Origin: Bacteroidota bacterium
GTDB taxonomy: Bacteria > Bacteroidota > Ignavibacteria > UBA10030 > UBA8401
Reading direction: 5' to 3'
NCBI GenBank assembly: GCA_049578505.1
Contig: JBAUMC010000020.1
Coordinates: forward strand, 1,619-65,618
Length of the DNA: 64,000 nt
Positions within the stretch are counted from its first letter, which is position 1; each line of letters opens with the position of its first letter. The position numbers and the translations under genes are program-made. The notes beneath the pieces were generated by a model. The model made no database searches. It had not been told where the DNA came from and was given only the letters and a program-made list of their open reading frames with translations. This document shows, one piece after another, positions 18,556 to 28,219 of this stretch.

Positions 18556-19227
18556 TTACTGCGTCAGCACCCAAACAAGCAAATTAGTCCCGAACCGGAG
18601 CGCTTCCTCCCTCTTCTCTACCGAGTCGCCGTGCACGTCGGGATCGTCCCAGCCATCGCTCGGATTCGATTCGTATGTATAGTACACAACAAGCCGCCCT
18701 TTATAGAAAATCCCGAACCCTTGCGGCGGTTTGCCGTTATGTTCGTGGGTTTTAGGGACTCCGTTCGGAAAGTCATAAAAACAGTGATACAGTCCGTATG
18801 AAAAAGGAAGCTCGACAAGCTCCTGATCTGGAAACACCTTCTTGATTTCTCTTCGAAATGCCTTGTCCATGCCGTAATCATCGTCGGCGTAAAGAAACCC
18901 TCCGTGTTCAAGATACATGCGGAGCCGCTTCACCTCGTAATCCGAAAAAATAACGCCGCCGTGTCCCGTCATAAATACAAAAGGATACGAAAAAAATTTG
19001 TCATCGGAGATTTCAGTAAACTCGTATGTGGGATCTGTGTCGATGCCTGCGTGTTGTTTGACAAATGCAAGGAGGTTCACTTCCTCGGAGGGACCGTTGT
19101 ACCAATCCCCTCCGCCGGAATATTTAAGACGAGCAATGCGAAACTGAGATTCGATACGTTTGGGTTGTGCTTCGACGGATTTACAGACCGCCATGACGCA
19201 GAGAACGCCAAGAATGATTATTCTCAT
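18556..19227 (-). CDS. Secreted DUF4159-like protein (GATase1/ThuA-like fold family linked to Bat/aerotolerance-type operons)
   Basis: Signal peptide MRIIILGVLCVMAVCKSVEA, then ARLKYSGGGDWYNGPSEEVNLL ... PFVFMTGHGGVIFSDYEVKRLRMYLEHGGFLYADDDYG, the pattern I associate with DUF4159. Confidence 0.55.
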   Translation of the reverse strand: MRIIILGVLCVMAVCKSVEAQPKRIESQFRIARLKYSGGGDWYNGPSEEVNLLAFVKQHAGIDTDPTYEFTEISDDKFFSYPFVFMTGHGGVIFSDYEVKRLRMYLEHGGFLYADDDYGMDKAFRREIKKVFPDQELVELPFSYGLYHCFYDFPNGVPKTHEHNGKPPQGFGIFYKGRLVVYYTYESNPSDGWDDPDVHGDSVEKREEALRFGTNLLVWVLTQ

Positions 19228-19386
19228 GAAGAAAATTTATCGAATCGGGAAGGGAGAAGCAAGGAAGAAAAAGATTTTGGTCTGGATCGATGTTGGACAC
19301 TCTCTTGATTTACGCTCTCAAATGTTTCAACATTTCGCAATTTCCGGGCTAATGTGTCCGACACCTGCGCACGCTATAAACATAAA

Positions 19387-19419
19387 CGTCCCGTTCAGCC
19401 TGTTCGACCGAACGGGACG
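19387..19419 (-). terminator. Rho-independent terminator candidate closing the dcw cluster after ftsZ
   Basis: 10-bp stem CGTCCCGTTC / GAACGGGACG with a 13-nt loop, 25 nt past the ftsZ stop. On the minus strand it is followed by TTTATGTTTATAG. Confidence 0.55.
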
Positions 19420-19444
19420 CCTCATCACATCACTCACGATAACA

Positions 19445-20620
19445 TCAATCCATTATTTTCCGCAGGAAGGCCGGTTTGTCGGTATCGCTGCGGTCGGTCA
19501 TCGGCTGTGAAAAACGGGATTCGTTCGCTTGCATCGTCGACGTCGGAATTTGGAACCCTTTACGGATATACGCCGGCTCGTCCATTTTTTTCAAATCCTG
19601 GACTCCCGTAGGAATATGATCGAGCACGCGCACATTTTTCGACGGACGCGCGGTAGCAGAAGCTTTCCTGTTGAAACCGGTCGCGATCACGGTGACCATC
19701 AGTTCTTCAGTCATCGACTCGTCAATGACTGCGCCCAAAATAACATTGGCGTCGTCGCCTGCGGCTTCATGGATAATGCTCGTCGCTTCATCCACTTCAA
19801 CCAGGGATAAATTCTTTCCACCGGTGATGTTGACGAGAACGCCCTGCGCACCGGCGATCGACACGCCTTCCAGCAACGGACTAGAAATTGCAGCGTTCGC
19901 CGCTTCAACAGCCCTGTTCTCTCCTGTCGCAACGCCTGACCCCATCAGCGCATCTCCCATTTCCCGCATAATTGTCCGGACATCTGCAAAATCCAGGTTG
20001 ATCAGGCCGGGAACGGTGATCAATTCCGATATGCCGCGTGTTGCATTGTGAAGAACGCGGTTGCAGATTTCAAAGGCTTCCTCAAGCGGCGTGGTTTTCT
20101 CTACGATCGAAAGAAGCTTTTGATTCGGAATAACGATGAGCGTATCAACTTGTTTTTTTAATTCTTCGAGACCGTATTCCGCTTGTGTTAATCGTTTCTT
20201 CCCTTCACAATTGAACGGCTTCGTCACGATGCCCACGACCAGAGCACCGAGGCTTTTTGCGATATTCGCCACGACGGGGCCGCCGCCGGTGCCCGTGCCG
20301 CCGCCCATACCTGCGGTAATGAACACCATATCGCTGCCGGCGAGGGCACGCGCGATTTCTTCGCGGTCTTCCTCAGCAGCGCGATGGCCGATACTCGGAT
20401 CTGCGCCTGCACCAAGCCCCCGTGTAAGATTCTTTCCGATCTGAATCTTGTTCGGAGAGTTGGTTCGCTCAAGAGCCTGCGTGTCGGTGTTGATACAAAT
20501 AAAATCGACGCCGCTGAGCCCTTTGTCAATCATGCTGACAATCGCGTTGCTCCCGCCTCCGCCAACTCCCACTACCCGGATCTTCGCGCCGCCGTCTTTG
20601 GGGTTGTCAAGTTCTATCAT
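19445..20620 (-). CDS. ftsZ: Cell division GTPase FtsZ
   Basis: GVGGGGSNA, the tubulin signature GGGTGTGG, and the C-terminal peptide [17 protein letters not shown] Shine-Dalgarno upstream. Confidence 0.97.
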   Translation of the reverse strand: MIELDNPKDGGAKIRVVGVGGGGSNAIVSMIDKGLSGVDFICINTDTQALERTNSPNKIQIGKNLTRGLGAGADPSIGHRAAEEDREEIARALAGSDMVFITAGMGGGTGTGGGPVVANIAKSLGALVVGIVTKPFNCEGKKRLTQAEYGLEELKKQVDTLIVIPNQKLLSIVEKTTPLEEAFEICNRVLHNATRGISELITVPGLINLDFADVRTIMREMGDALMGSGVATGENRAVEAANAAISSPLLEGVSIAGAQGVLVNITGGKNLSLVEVDEATSIIHEAAGDDANVILGAVIDESMTEELMVTVIATGFNRKASATARPSKNVRVLDHIPTGVQDLKKMDEPAYIRKGFQIPTSTMQANESRFSQPMTDRSDTDKPAFLRKIMD

Positions 20621-20724
20621 GGTACTCCTTTGTGTTTAGTGAGTGATGTATGTGATGTTAATAATTTCGGTTTCTTCCTTTATCGAGATTCACTGTCAAT
20701 TTGTTTTCTGTTGATATGTAACTA

Positions 20725-20838
20725 CAGGAATACAGAAGTCAGAATACATGAGAGAAAAAATTTTCCCAGAGTGAACCTATTGTATATGTCTTCTGTCTTC
20801 TGTTTCCTGTCTCCTGTCTCCTATATTCTGTATTCTTG
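20725..20838 (-). other. Long imperfect hairpin plus CCTGTCT direct repeats in the 225-nt ftsA-ftsZ spacer
   Basis: GAATACAGAA (20728-37) pairs with TTCTGTATTC (20827-36). GAAGTCAGAATACAT (20735-49) pairs with ATGTCTTCTGTCTTC (20786-800) at 13 of 15 positions. Tandem CCTGTCT repeats lie at about 20806-20819. Confidence 0.35.
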
Positions 20839-20845
20839 CTCCACC

Positions 20846-22084
20846 TTACAGCTCATCGAACCATCCCTTCATCCGTTTCAAAATCGTCGGGAACTTTCCG
20901 TCCATTCTTGTCCCTCTGAGATTTTCAATATTTGGCCGCTGCCGGTGTTTAATGGCATGATGTACAAGTCCGACACCGGTGGCGTACATCGGATTTTCTA
21001 TTTCTCGAACGAGACCCCCTCGAAATCCTTGCGGAATTCCTATCTTCACCGGCATTCCAAGCACTTCGCGTGCAAGGTCGGCCGTCCCTTTAATGAGAGA
21101 TCCTCCGCCCGTCAGCACAACACCTGCGGATAAATGCTTCTGATATCCCGAGCGTTTGATTTCCATCCCGGCGATTTCTAAAATTTCTTCCATGCGCGGT
21201 TGAATGATCTGACATAACAGCCGCTGGTCGATGTCTAATGGCGGCCGACCGCCGATTCCAGGAACCGTTATCGGTTCATTATCCATAATCGAAGGTAAAT
21301 GCGCGTGGCCGTGTGCGATTTTCAACTGCTCGGCTTGATCCGAAAGAACTCCTAAACCGCGGCGAATGTCGTCTGTCACTTTTTTACCTGCGATACCGAT
21401 GACCGCCGTGTGCCGGATAGTGCGGTCTTCAAAGACTGCGAGGTCGGTCGTGCCGCCGCCGATGTCAACGAGAGCAACGCCAACTTCCTTTTCTTCCTTA
21501 TCGAGGACGGCGTCACTCGACGCAATCGGTTCAAGAACGATGTCGCTCACCGAAACGCCGGCACGTTGGACGCATTTCAAAATGTTTTGTGCGGCAGAAA
21601 TAAGCCCCGTAATAATGTGAACGTTTGCCTCCATCCGGACCCCGGACATTCCGACCGGGTCGTACACACCGTCCTGCCCGTCAACAATAAATTCCTGCGG
21701 GATAACGTGAATAATTTTTCTGTCGGAGGGGAGAGCGACTTTTTTAGTATCTTCAATGAGACGATCTACATCCGCCTGTGTGATTTCCTGTTCGGGTCCG
21801 CTGATCGCAATGACTCCGCGGCTTTGAAAGCTCTGCACATGGTCACCCGCGATCCCCGCCACGACTGTTTGAATTTTCGCTCCCGATTGAAGCTCTGCTT
21901 CGCGAACCGCAGCTTGTATTGAGGCGATGGTCTTTTCAATATGCGTGATGACCCCCCGAGTCAATCCTTCGGATTTACTTTTGCCGATGCCGAGGATATT
22001 GATCTCGCCGTTCTCGCTTAGCGACGCAACAATCGCACACACTTTTGTCGTTCCGATATCCAGCCCAACATAGATATTTTCCAT
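20846..22084 (-). CDS. ftsA: Cell division protein FtsA
   Basis: Actin-fold motifs GLDIGTTKV and DIGGGTTDLAVF; 412 aa. Confidence 0.95.
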   Translation of the reverse strand: MENIYVGLDIGTTKVCAIVASLSENGEINILGIGKSKSEGLTRGVITHIEKTIASIQAAVREAELQSGAKIQTVVAGIAGDHVQSFQSRGVIAISGPEQEITQADVDRLIEDTKKVALPSDRKIIHVIPQEFIVDGQDGVYDPVGMSGVRMEANVHIITGLISAAQNILKCVQRAGVSVSDIVLEPIASSDAVLDKEEKEVGVALVDIGGGTTDLAVFEDRTIRHTAVIGIAGKKVTDDIRRGLGVLSDQAEQLKIAHGHAHLPSIMDNEPITVPGIGGRPPLDIDQRLLCQIIQPRMEEILEIAGMEIKRSGYQKHLSAGVVLTGGGSLIKGTADLAREVLGMPVKIGIPQGFRGGLVREIENPMYATGVGLVHHAIKHRQRPNIENLRGTRMDGKFPTILKRMKGWFDEL

Positions 22085-22118
22085 ACTGCTTCCTTTTTCT
22101 CCGAATAATTCTTTCGGA

Positions 22119-22934
22119 CTATGACGATTTCTTAATATTGTGGGAATCCGCCGGTTTCATCGATGAAACGATTACTTGGTCATCAAAACGGATGTCAATG
22201 TACCGTATGTCCTGAGAGCCTTGCTCAGCGACAAACTTTTTCCAGAAGGCGTCGAGTTTCACCATTTTCTTCGCCGCGTCGCCCCGACCGAATATGATCG
22301 GAACCCCGGTGTCTGCGGAATACAACACCATGTCGTGCCCGCTATGAATTCGCACCTCCGAGATCAGGCGAAAGAGTTCGCCGCCGACACGCCGGGCTGT
22401 TTCCAGCGCTTCGAGAGCAGCCAAAAGATCGGCATGTGTCGTCCGCTCTCCAACCGCTACGTCTGCAAGCGAATCGATCCCGCTGACGACGGGGAGGTCA
22501 AAAATCGACTGCGACGAAACGTGCGGGAGAACGTAGCCTTCTTCATCGATATACAACATGTCGGCCCTCCCCGGAATTGAGAGAAGGGCGATCGGCGTTC
22601 GCTCCTCTATTGAAATTCTAATCGTTGCCGGCGCATCTCTTGCCACTACCACATTTTTTACAAAATGATTCTGCTCAATATTTTTTTGAATCGAGATCAA
22701 ATCGACGTCGTACATTTTTGTCTTCAGCGAAACCTGGGCGAGTTTCACCACTTCTTCCTTTGTCAAGATGCGCTCGCCTTCGACAATGATACCGCTCACT
22801 GTCAGATGCTCTTTCCATTGCATTGTTCCAAGCCATGCCGCAATGGCCAGAATGAAGAGGAGTGCGAACATTCCATATACTTTCTTTCCATGCGCACGCT
22901 GACGCGGTTGCTCAATGTTTTCTCCTTCTCTCAT
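22119..22934 (-). CDS. ftsQ: Cell division protein FtsQ/DivIB (POTRA domain)
   Basis: Single TM helix (VYGMFALLFILAIAAWLG) followed by a POTRA-like region. Its position between murB and ftsA fits. Confidence 0.8.
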   Translation of the reverse strand: MREGENIEQPRQRAHGKKVYGMFALLFILAIAAWLGTMQWKEHLTVSGIIVEGERILTKEEVVKLAQVSLKTKMYDVDLISIQKNIEQNHFVKNVVVARDAPATIRISIEERTPIALLSIPGRADMLYIDEEGYVLPHVSSQSIFDLPVVSGIDSLADVAVGERTTHADLLAALEALETARRVGGELFRLISEVRIHSGHDMVLYSADTGVPIIFGRGDAAKKMVKLDAFWKKFVAEQGSQDIRYIDIRFDDQVIVSSMKPADSHNIKKSS

Positions 22935-23851
22935 GTTGTCGCCTCGGCAATTTCTTCCTCCTCAAAGCCCACCAGCTTAACCTCCAGTTCAAGTTTTATG
23001 CCGCTGCGTTCGAATACCTTTTTTCGCGCAAGCCGCACCAGATCGAATACATTGCGCGCCGTCGCATCGCCGTGGTTGACGATGAAATTGCCGTGCCTGT
23101 CGGAAATCTGGGCGCGGCCGATTTGTTTACCTTTCAATCCCGCTTCTTCCACAAGTTTTGCGGCAAAAGCCCCTTCGGGATTTTTGAACATGCTCCCCGA
23201 ATTTGGTAGATTCAGCGGCTGCGATTGATTGCGTTTCAACAAAAGCTCCCGGCGGCGTTTCAAAAGCTCCGATAAATTTCCCTGCGGCAGCTCGAACGAC
23301 GCGTTCAACACTACGTCGCGGGAAAACCCTGAACGACGGTAGGAAAATCCGCCCTGCGCCTTTTTTATTTTCTGGATCGCATCATCCCTATAAATTTCTA
23401 CTTCAACGAGATGGTCGGAAATTTCTCCTCCGTACGCTCCTGCATTCATAATCACCGCACCGCCGATTGTTCCTGGAATCCCGGCGAGCATTTCCACTCC
23501 CGCTTTTTCGTGTTGAATGCAGAAGTCGACGAATTTGCTCAAGCGAACGCCGGAACCGGCAACAATCAAGCCGCGCTCTATATTCACGGTTCCCATCCCT
23601 TCTTCGAGATTGATCGCAGCGCCCCGAAATCCACTGTCGCTGATAAGAAGGTTCGAACCTTTCCCGATAATCATAAACCGATAGTCGAATTTTTTAAAAA
23701 AGCGAACGACCTCAATCAGGTCGAATTTGTCGACTGGTTCTAAATAGAAATCTGCCGGGCCGCCGATCCGGAACGACGTGTACGTTGCAAGCGGCTCGGC
23801 AACTGCAACATGCCCACGAAAAACTTTTCGTATGTCTTCTACAGAAACCAT
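22931..23851 (-). CDS. murB: UDP-N-acetylenolpyruvoylglucosamine reductase MurB
   Basis: TSFRIGGPADF, GKGSNLL, and SGSMFKNP near the C-terminus. 4-nt overlap with ftsQ. Confidence 0.93.
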   Translation of the reverse strand: MVSVEDIRKVFRGHVAVAEPLATYTSFRIGGPADFYLEPVDKFDLIEVVRFFKKFDYRFMIIGKGSNLLISDSGFRGAAINLEEGMGTVNIERGLIVAGSGVRLSKFVDFCIQHEKAGVEMLAGIPGTIGGAVIMNAGAYGGEISDHLVEVEIYRDDAIQKIKKAQGGFSYRRSGFSRDVVLNASFELPQGNLSELLKRRRELLLKRNQSQPLNLPNSGSMFKNPEGAFAAKLVEEAGLKGKQIGRAQISDRHGNFIVNHGDATARNVFDLVRLARKKVFERSGIKLELEVKLVGFEEEEIAEATT

Positions 23852-23870
23852 TGAGGAATTATGAATTTTA

Positions 23871-23921
23871 AATTATGAATTAGGAATTGGTCTTTTAATT
23901 TTTAATACCTAATTCATAATT
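23871..23921. repeat. AT-rich 14-bp perfect hairpin at the murC/murB junction; shares a 21-mer with the dnaX upstream region
   Basis: AATTATGAATTAGG (23871-84) / CCTAATTCATAATT (23908-21). The reverse complement of 23910-23930, GCAATTAAGAATTATGAATTA, recurs on the plus strand at 47381-47401. Confidence 0.5.
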
Positions 23922-25294
23922 CTTAATTGCTCTAAGAATTCTTCTCCGTACTTCCAGATATCCCCGGCACCCATGGTGATTACAATGTCTCCCGGGCGAG
24001 TGCTCTTCTTCAAATACTCCGGAAGAAGTTTTTTATCCTGAATGTAATGGACATCTTTATGCCCGAACTGTTTTGCAGCGTTGGCGATCAATTCACCAGT
24101 AACGCCCTGAATCGGCTCCTCGCGTGCCGGATAGACGTCCGTCAACACAAGCACATCGGCAAGAAGAAATGCCTTTCCGAACTCTTCGTAAAAATCGCGC
24201 GTGCGCGAATAGAGATGCGGCTGAAATACGCATACGACCCTTCTTCGCCAGCCGGCTTTCGCGCCAGAAAGTGTCGCCCGGCATTCTGTCGGGTGATGGG
24301 CATAATCATCGTAGACTGCAATCCCGTTCACTTCACCTTTCTTTTCCCAACGACGATACACGCCGGTAAATTTTTCGATGCCCGCTTTGACTTTTGAGAA
24401 AGGAACTCCAAGTTGTAGACCAACCGCTATCGCCGCAAGGGCATTTTGGATGTTATGTTTCCCCGGAATCTGCAGCATTATCTTTCCAAGGTCTTCGGCC
24501 CCGCGCACGACAGTGAATGTGCTGACGTTTTCTTTATGTTGAATATCAATGGCTTGAATATCTGCCTGGGGAGTCAGCCCGTACGTCAGGAGTTTTTTCT
24601 TGTTAATCTGCGGCATGATGTCCTGGAGCGCGGGCTCATCAAGGCACAGCACGATGAAACCATAGAACGGTACCTTGTTTGCAAATTGAATGAACGCTCC
24701 CTTGATATCCTCAAGGTCCCGGTAACAATCAAGATGGTCTGTCTCGAGCGTTGTCAGGACGGCGATCGTCGGTGTAATGGACAAAAATGAACGGTCGAAT
24801 TCATCTGCTTCAACAACAATAAAATCTCCTTTGCCGAGGCGTGCATTAGTCCCGCCAAGTCCGCTCAATTTTCCGCCGACGATCACCGTCGGATCAAAGC
24901 CCCCTTCTAACAGCACAAGGCTTACCATCGACGTTGTTGTGGTTTTTCCATGGGTTCCGGCGATGCCGATGCCGTATTTCAAGCGCATCACTTCTGCGAG
25001 CATTTCAGCGCGTCGTACGGTTGGAATCTTCCGCCGATTCGCCTCGACCAGTTCGGGATTTTCCATGCCAACAGCGGAAGAATAGACCAGCGTATCGACA
25101 TCGGCGGCGATATTCTCAGCTTTGTGCCCTTCGTAGATCTTCGCCCCCAGCGATTGAAGGCGCTCCGTCACTTCGCTTAATGCCCTGTCCGACCCGCTTA
25201 CTTTGAATCCCTGATCGATCAATATTTCCGCAATTCCGCTCATGCCGATACCGCCAATGCCGACAAAATGAATTTTCTTGATTGAGCTGAACAT
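23909..25294 (-). CDS. murC: UDP-N-acetylmuramate--L-alanine ligase MurC
   Basis: GIGGIGMSGIAE and GTHGKTTTTSM. Confidence 0.95.
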   Translation of the reverse strand: MFSSIKKIHFVGIGGIGMSGIAEILIDQGFKVSGSDRALSEVTERLQSLGAKIYEGHKAENIAADVDTLVYSSAVGMENPELVEANRRKIPTVRRAEMLAEVMRLKYGIGIAGTHGKTTTTSMVSLVLLEGGFDPTVIVGGKLSGLGGTNARLGKGDFIVVEADEFDRSFLSITPTIAVLTTLETDHLDCYRDLEDIKGAFIQFANKVPFYGFIVLCLDEPALQDIMPQINKKKLLTYGLTPQADIQAIDIQHKENVSTFTVVRGAEDLGKIMLQIPGKHNIQNALAAIAVGLQLGVPFSKVKAGIEKFTGVYRRWEKKGEVNGIAVYDDYAHHPTECRATLSGAKAGWRRRVVCVFQPHLYSRTRDFYEEFGKAFLLADVLVLTDVYPAREEPIQGVTGELIANAAKQFGHKDVHYIQDKKLLPEYLKKSTRPGDIVITMGAGDIWKYGEEFLEQLRIMN

Positions 25295-25361
25295 GTTCCC
25301 TTAATAAAGTTTTTTACAGAATTACCGAACGTTACCTTTCTTACCCCTTATCTCTTCCTTC

Positions 25362-25856
25362 CTATCTTTTACTCCGCACTCTAAACCTTTTCCGTTCGCC
25401 TTTTGGAACATGAGCGGCAACGCGCTCCATCTCCGCAATCAACTCTTTTTCCCGCTCATACCTACCGATGCGGACCCTGTATAATCGTCGGCGCCCTTTT
25501 ACTTTAAAAACGATCACTTGAAATCTTCCCGCCGTCTGGACCATCCGTTCACGCCCGATGTGAAACCATTCAATCTCCGAGAACGGGATTTCCCTTCTCG
25601 TAAACTTGTGTTGAAAAACAATTCCGTTCTGCTCGATAATAAGCTTGCGGTCTCGAATTTTGTTGAGCACCAATGTCACGAAAGCTATTGCAACAAAGAA
25701 TCCGATGATGTAAAGGATCGGGTCTCTAAACACCAGCGTAAACTCGTTCTCGATGAAACTTCCTTTCACCCCAGCGTATAAAATGAGCGTGACTAAATAG
25801 ATCAGCGCCTGCTGATAATAGAAGTCGAGCTTGTATTTGAACTCTTTAGGAGGCAT
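25362..25856 (-). CDS. Two-TM membrane protein with a C-terminal ~90-aa PH-like (bPH/YdbT-like) domain, inserted between murG and murC
   Basis: Two TM helices (ALIYLVTLILYAGV, ILYIIGFFVAIAFVTLVL), then IIEQNGIVFQHKFTRREIPFSEIEWFHIGRE...FQVIVFKVKGRRRLYRVRI. ATG at 25856 preferred over TTG at 25877. Confidence 0.55.
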   Translation of the reverse strand: MPPKEFKYKLDFYYQQALIYLVTLILYAGVKGSFIENEFTLVFRDPILYIIGFFVAIAFVTLVLNKIRDRKLIIEQNGIVFQHKFTRREIPFSEIEWFHIGRERMVQTAGRFQVIVFKVKGRRRLYRVRIGRYEREKELIAEMERVAAHVPKGERKRFRVRSKR

Positions 25857-25885
25857 CTTTTTATTTTCGATTGACAATTTCCGAT

Positions 25886-26998
25886 TTACGATTTTAAAAG
25901 ACCTAACCCTAAGATTTTTTGAGCAATTTCCTTTCCGGCATCCGGTTTCCCAAGACGTAAGCTCTTTTTTCCCATATCGCTTCGCACTGTGTCATTTAAA
26001 AGAATTTCTTTCAGTGTGGATAATATTTTTGCGTCCAAATCTGTGTCCTTAATCATCACGGCCGCGCCTGCTTCGACCAAGGTCTGAGCATTGAGTTCCT
26101 GGTGTTTCGCTGCAGCGTGGGGATACGGCACCAAAACCGCCGGTTTTCCCAGACGTGTCAGCTCGGCTAGCGTTGTCGCACCGGACCGGCACAGGACGAC
26201 ATCCGCCGCGGCGTATGCATATTCCATCTTGTCGATGAATTTTCCGACCCACACATTTTTATTCCTTTTCGATCCATAACGATCAAAATCTTTTTCGCCG
26301 ACCTGCCAGATCACCTGAATGCCCGATTGTATCAACTTTCCTATAATTTTGTCCATCGCCGAATTGAGCGATGCGGCGCCGAGACTTCCGCCGAACACAA
26401 GTAGCGTTTTATTATTCTGTTCAAGGTCAAAATATTTCAACCCATCGCTTGCGGAAATCTTACCGAGTGAGTCGCGTGTTGGGTTGCCGACTAATTCTAT
26501 TTTTTTTGAGTCAAGACTCGGAAGCCATTTTTTTGTCGCTTCAAACGTGAGGAATACTTTTGAAACCCTTGACGCAACTATCCTCGTCGTCACGCCCGGA
26601 TAACTGTTGCTCTCATGAACGACGGTCGGAATTTTCATCAACGATGCGACGGAGAGAATGGGCCCGCAGACATATCCTCCCGTCCCGACAACGACGCTTG
26701 GCCTTAATTTCCGAATGAGAAAGAACGACTGCACTATCGATACGACGATCTTCACGGGGAAGAGCAGGTTGTCAATGGTTAACCGCCGATGAAAGCCGCT
26801 GATCCAAATCGTATAAAATGCAAACCCTTTTTCGGGAACAACACGCGCCTCGATTTTATTTTTGGTTCCGACAAATGTAATACGCGCGTCGGGGCGAATT
26901 TTTCTTGTTTCTTCTGCGATCGCAATTGCGGGAAAAAGATGCCCGCCCGTTCCGCCGGCGGCAAAAAGTATCGAAGGCGGCTCTGAATCAATTGACAT
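25886..26998 (-). CDS. murG: Lipid II glycosyltransferase MurG
   Basis: AAGGTGGHLFPAIAIAEE and C-terminal GATTLAEL. Confidence 0.95.
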   Translation of the reverse strand: MSIDSEPPSILFAAGGTGGHLFPAIAIAEETRKIRPDARITFVGTKNKIEARVVPEKGFAFYTIWISGFHRRLTIDNLLFPVKIVVSIVQSFFLIRKLRPSVVVGTGGYVCGPILSVASLMKIPTVVHESNSYPGVTTRIVASRVSKVFLTFEATKKWLPSLDSKKIELVGNPTRDSLGKISASDGLKYFDLEQNNKTLLVFGGSLGAASLNSAMDKIIGKLIQSGIQVIWQVGEKDFDRYGSKRNKNVWVGKFIDKMEYAYAAADVVLCRSGATTLAELTRLGKPAVLVPYPHAAAKHQELNAQTLVEAGAAVMIKDTDLDAKILSTLKEILLNDTVRSDMGKKSLRLGKPDAGKEIAQKILGLGLLKS

Positions 26999-27040
26999 AG
27001 CTTTGTTCCCGGTTCATCCATTTGCTCTCTTTCCCTTTTC

Positions 27041-28219
27041 TCAATACACCTTTCCGACCGCTGGCTCGTTTACTTCTACCGGCATCGGTTCCGCGATTTC
27101 CTTCGTTTGCCGCGGATGTAAATCCGTGTGCGCTGAAATATTCAGCAGCACGCCGATTGCAAAAGATGAGAAGACGATTGCAGAACCTCCGTAACTGATG
27201 AACGGCATAGGCAATCCGGTCGTCGGAAAAACGCCGAGCGTGACGAGGGCATTGCCGAGAGCGTAAACGACAATCGTCGATGTGATGCCGATCGCTAAAA
27301 ACTTTCCGAAATCGTCGGGCGCATTCTTTGCAATCTTAAAGCCACGCAAAAGAATTGTCAAAAAAAGAGCCATAAAAATTATCGTGCCGATAAGCCCGTA
27401 TTCTTCTCCGATAATCGAGAAAACAAAATCCCCGTACGATTCCGGCAGAAAAAGATCGCGTTGTTTGCTTGCCCCCATTCCAACGCCGAATAGCCCGCCA
27501 TTGCCAAAACCGATGATCCCCTGCCAGAGCTGATAATTTGCTTTGCTCGGCGCCGCGGTAGCGCTGTCGTGTCCGATAAACGACAGGATGCGTCTCATGC
27601 GATATTCTGCGCTGATCATGTACACAAATACGATCGGGATGATCGCCGACATTGAAAGGAAAATATGTTTAAACCGCGCACCGCCTGTAAACACCATCAC
27701 CATCCCGAGAATAAAAATCATGGCACCGGTGCTGAAATTCGGCTGAAGCATCACTAGCACAACAACCCCTCCAACCCACAGCATCAGCGGTAAAAATCCC
27801 GTTTTAAAATCATACAGCTTCGTCCCTTTTGTGGCAAGAAGCGCGCTCAGATGAAACACGAGAGCAAACTTCGCTGCTTCGGAAGGCTGCAGGTTGAATC
27901 CGCCGAAACTGAGCCACCGCGCAGCTCCTTTTATTTCACCGCCAATGGCCAAGGTAAAGAATAAAAGGACAAGGCAGGCGATAAGGGCAAATTTTGTCAG
28001 CTTTTTGTAATATTTGTAATCGATGCTCATCGCGATGAACATCGTCGCAAGGCCGACAAGCACTTTGAGGATGTGCTTGTTGACCAGCCCGTTTGTCGCT
28101 CCGTATTTTTGAAGCGCCCATGTCGACGAAGCGCTGTAAACCACTACAGTGCTCGCCACCATCAAAAAAAGGACGACGATGAGAATGACCCTGTCAATAT
28201 GGTTTCGCTGCGCCTGCAT
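27041..28219 (-). CDS. ftsW: SEDS-family peptidoglycan polymerase FtsW
   Basis: 10-TM SEDS topology, with LQPSEAAKF and PFISYGGSA. Confidence 0.92.
   Translation of the reverse strand: MQAQRNHIDRVILIVVLFLMVASTVVVYSASSTWALQKYGATNGLVNKHILKVLVGLATMFIAMSIDYKYYKKLTKFALIACLVLLFFTLAIGGEIKGAARWLSFGGFNLQPSEAAKFALVFHLSALLATKGTKLYDFKTGFLPLMLWVGGVVVLVMLQPNFSTGAMIFILGMVMVFTGGARFKHIFLSMSAIIPIVFVYMISAEYRMRRILSFIGHDSATAAPSKANYQLWQGIIGFGNGGLFGVGMGASKQRDLFLPESYGDFVFSIIGEEYGLIGTIIFMALFLTILLRGFKIAKNAPDDFGKFLAIGITSTIVVYALGNALVTLGVFPTTGLPMPFISYGGSAIVFSSFAIGVLLNISAHTDLHPRQTKEIAEPMPVEVNEPAVGKVY

Noticed and set aside
20384-21133. 249-aa plus-strand ORF spanning the ftsZ 5' end, the spacer and the ftsA 3' end.
   Set aside because: It crosses two certain genes and an intergenic hairpin. 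There is no coding-like composition.
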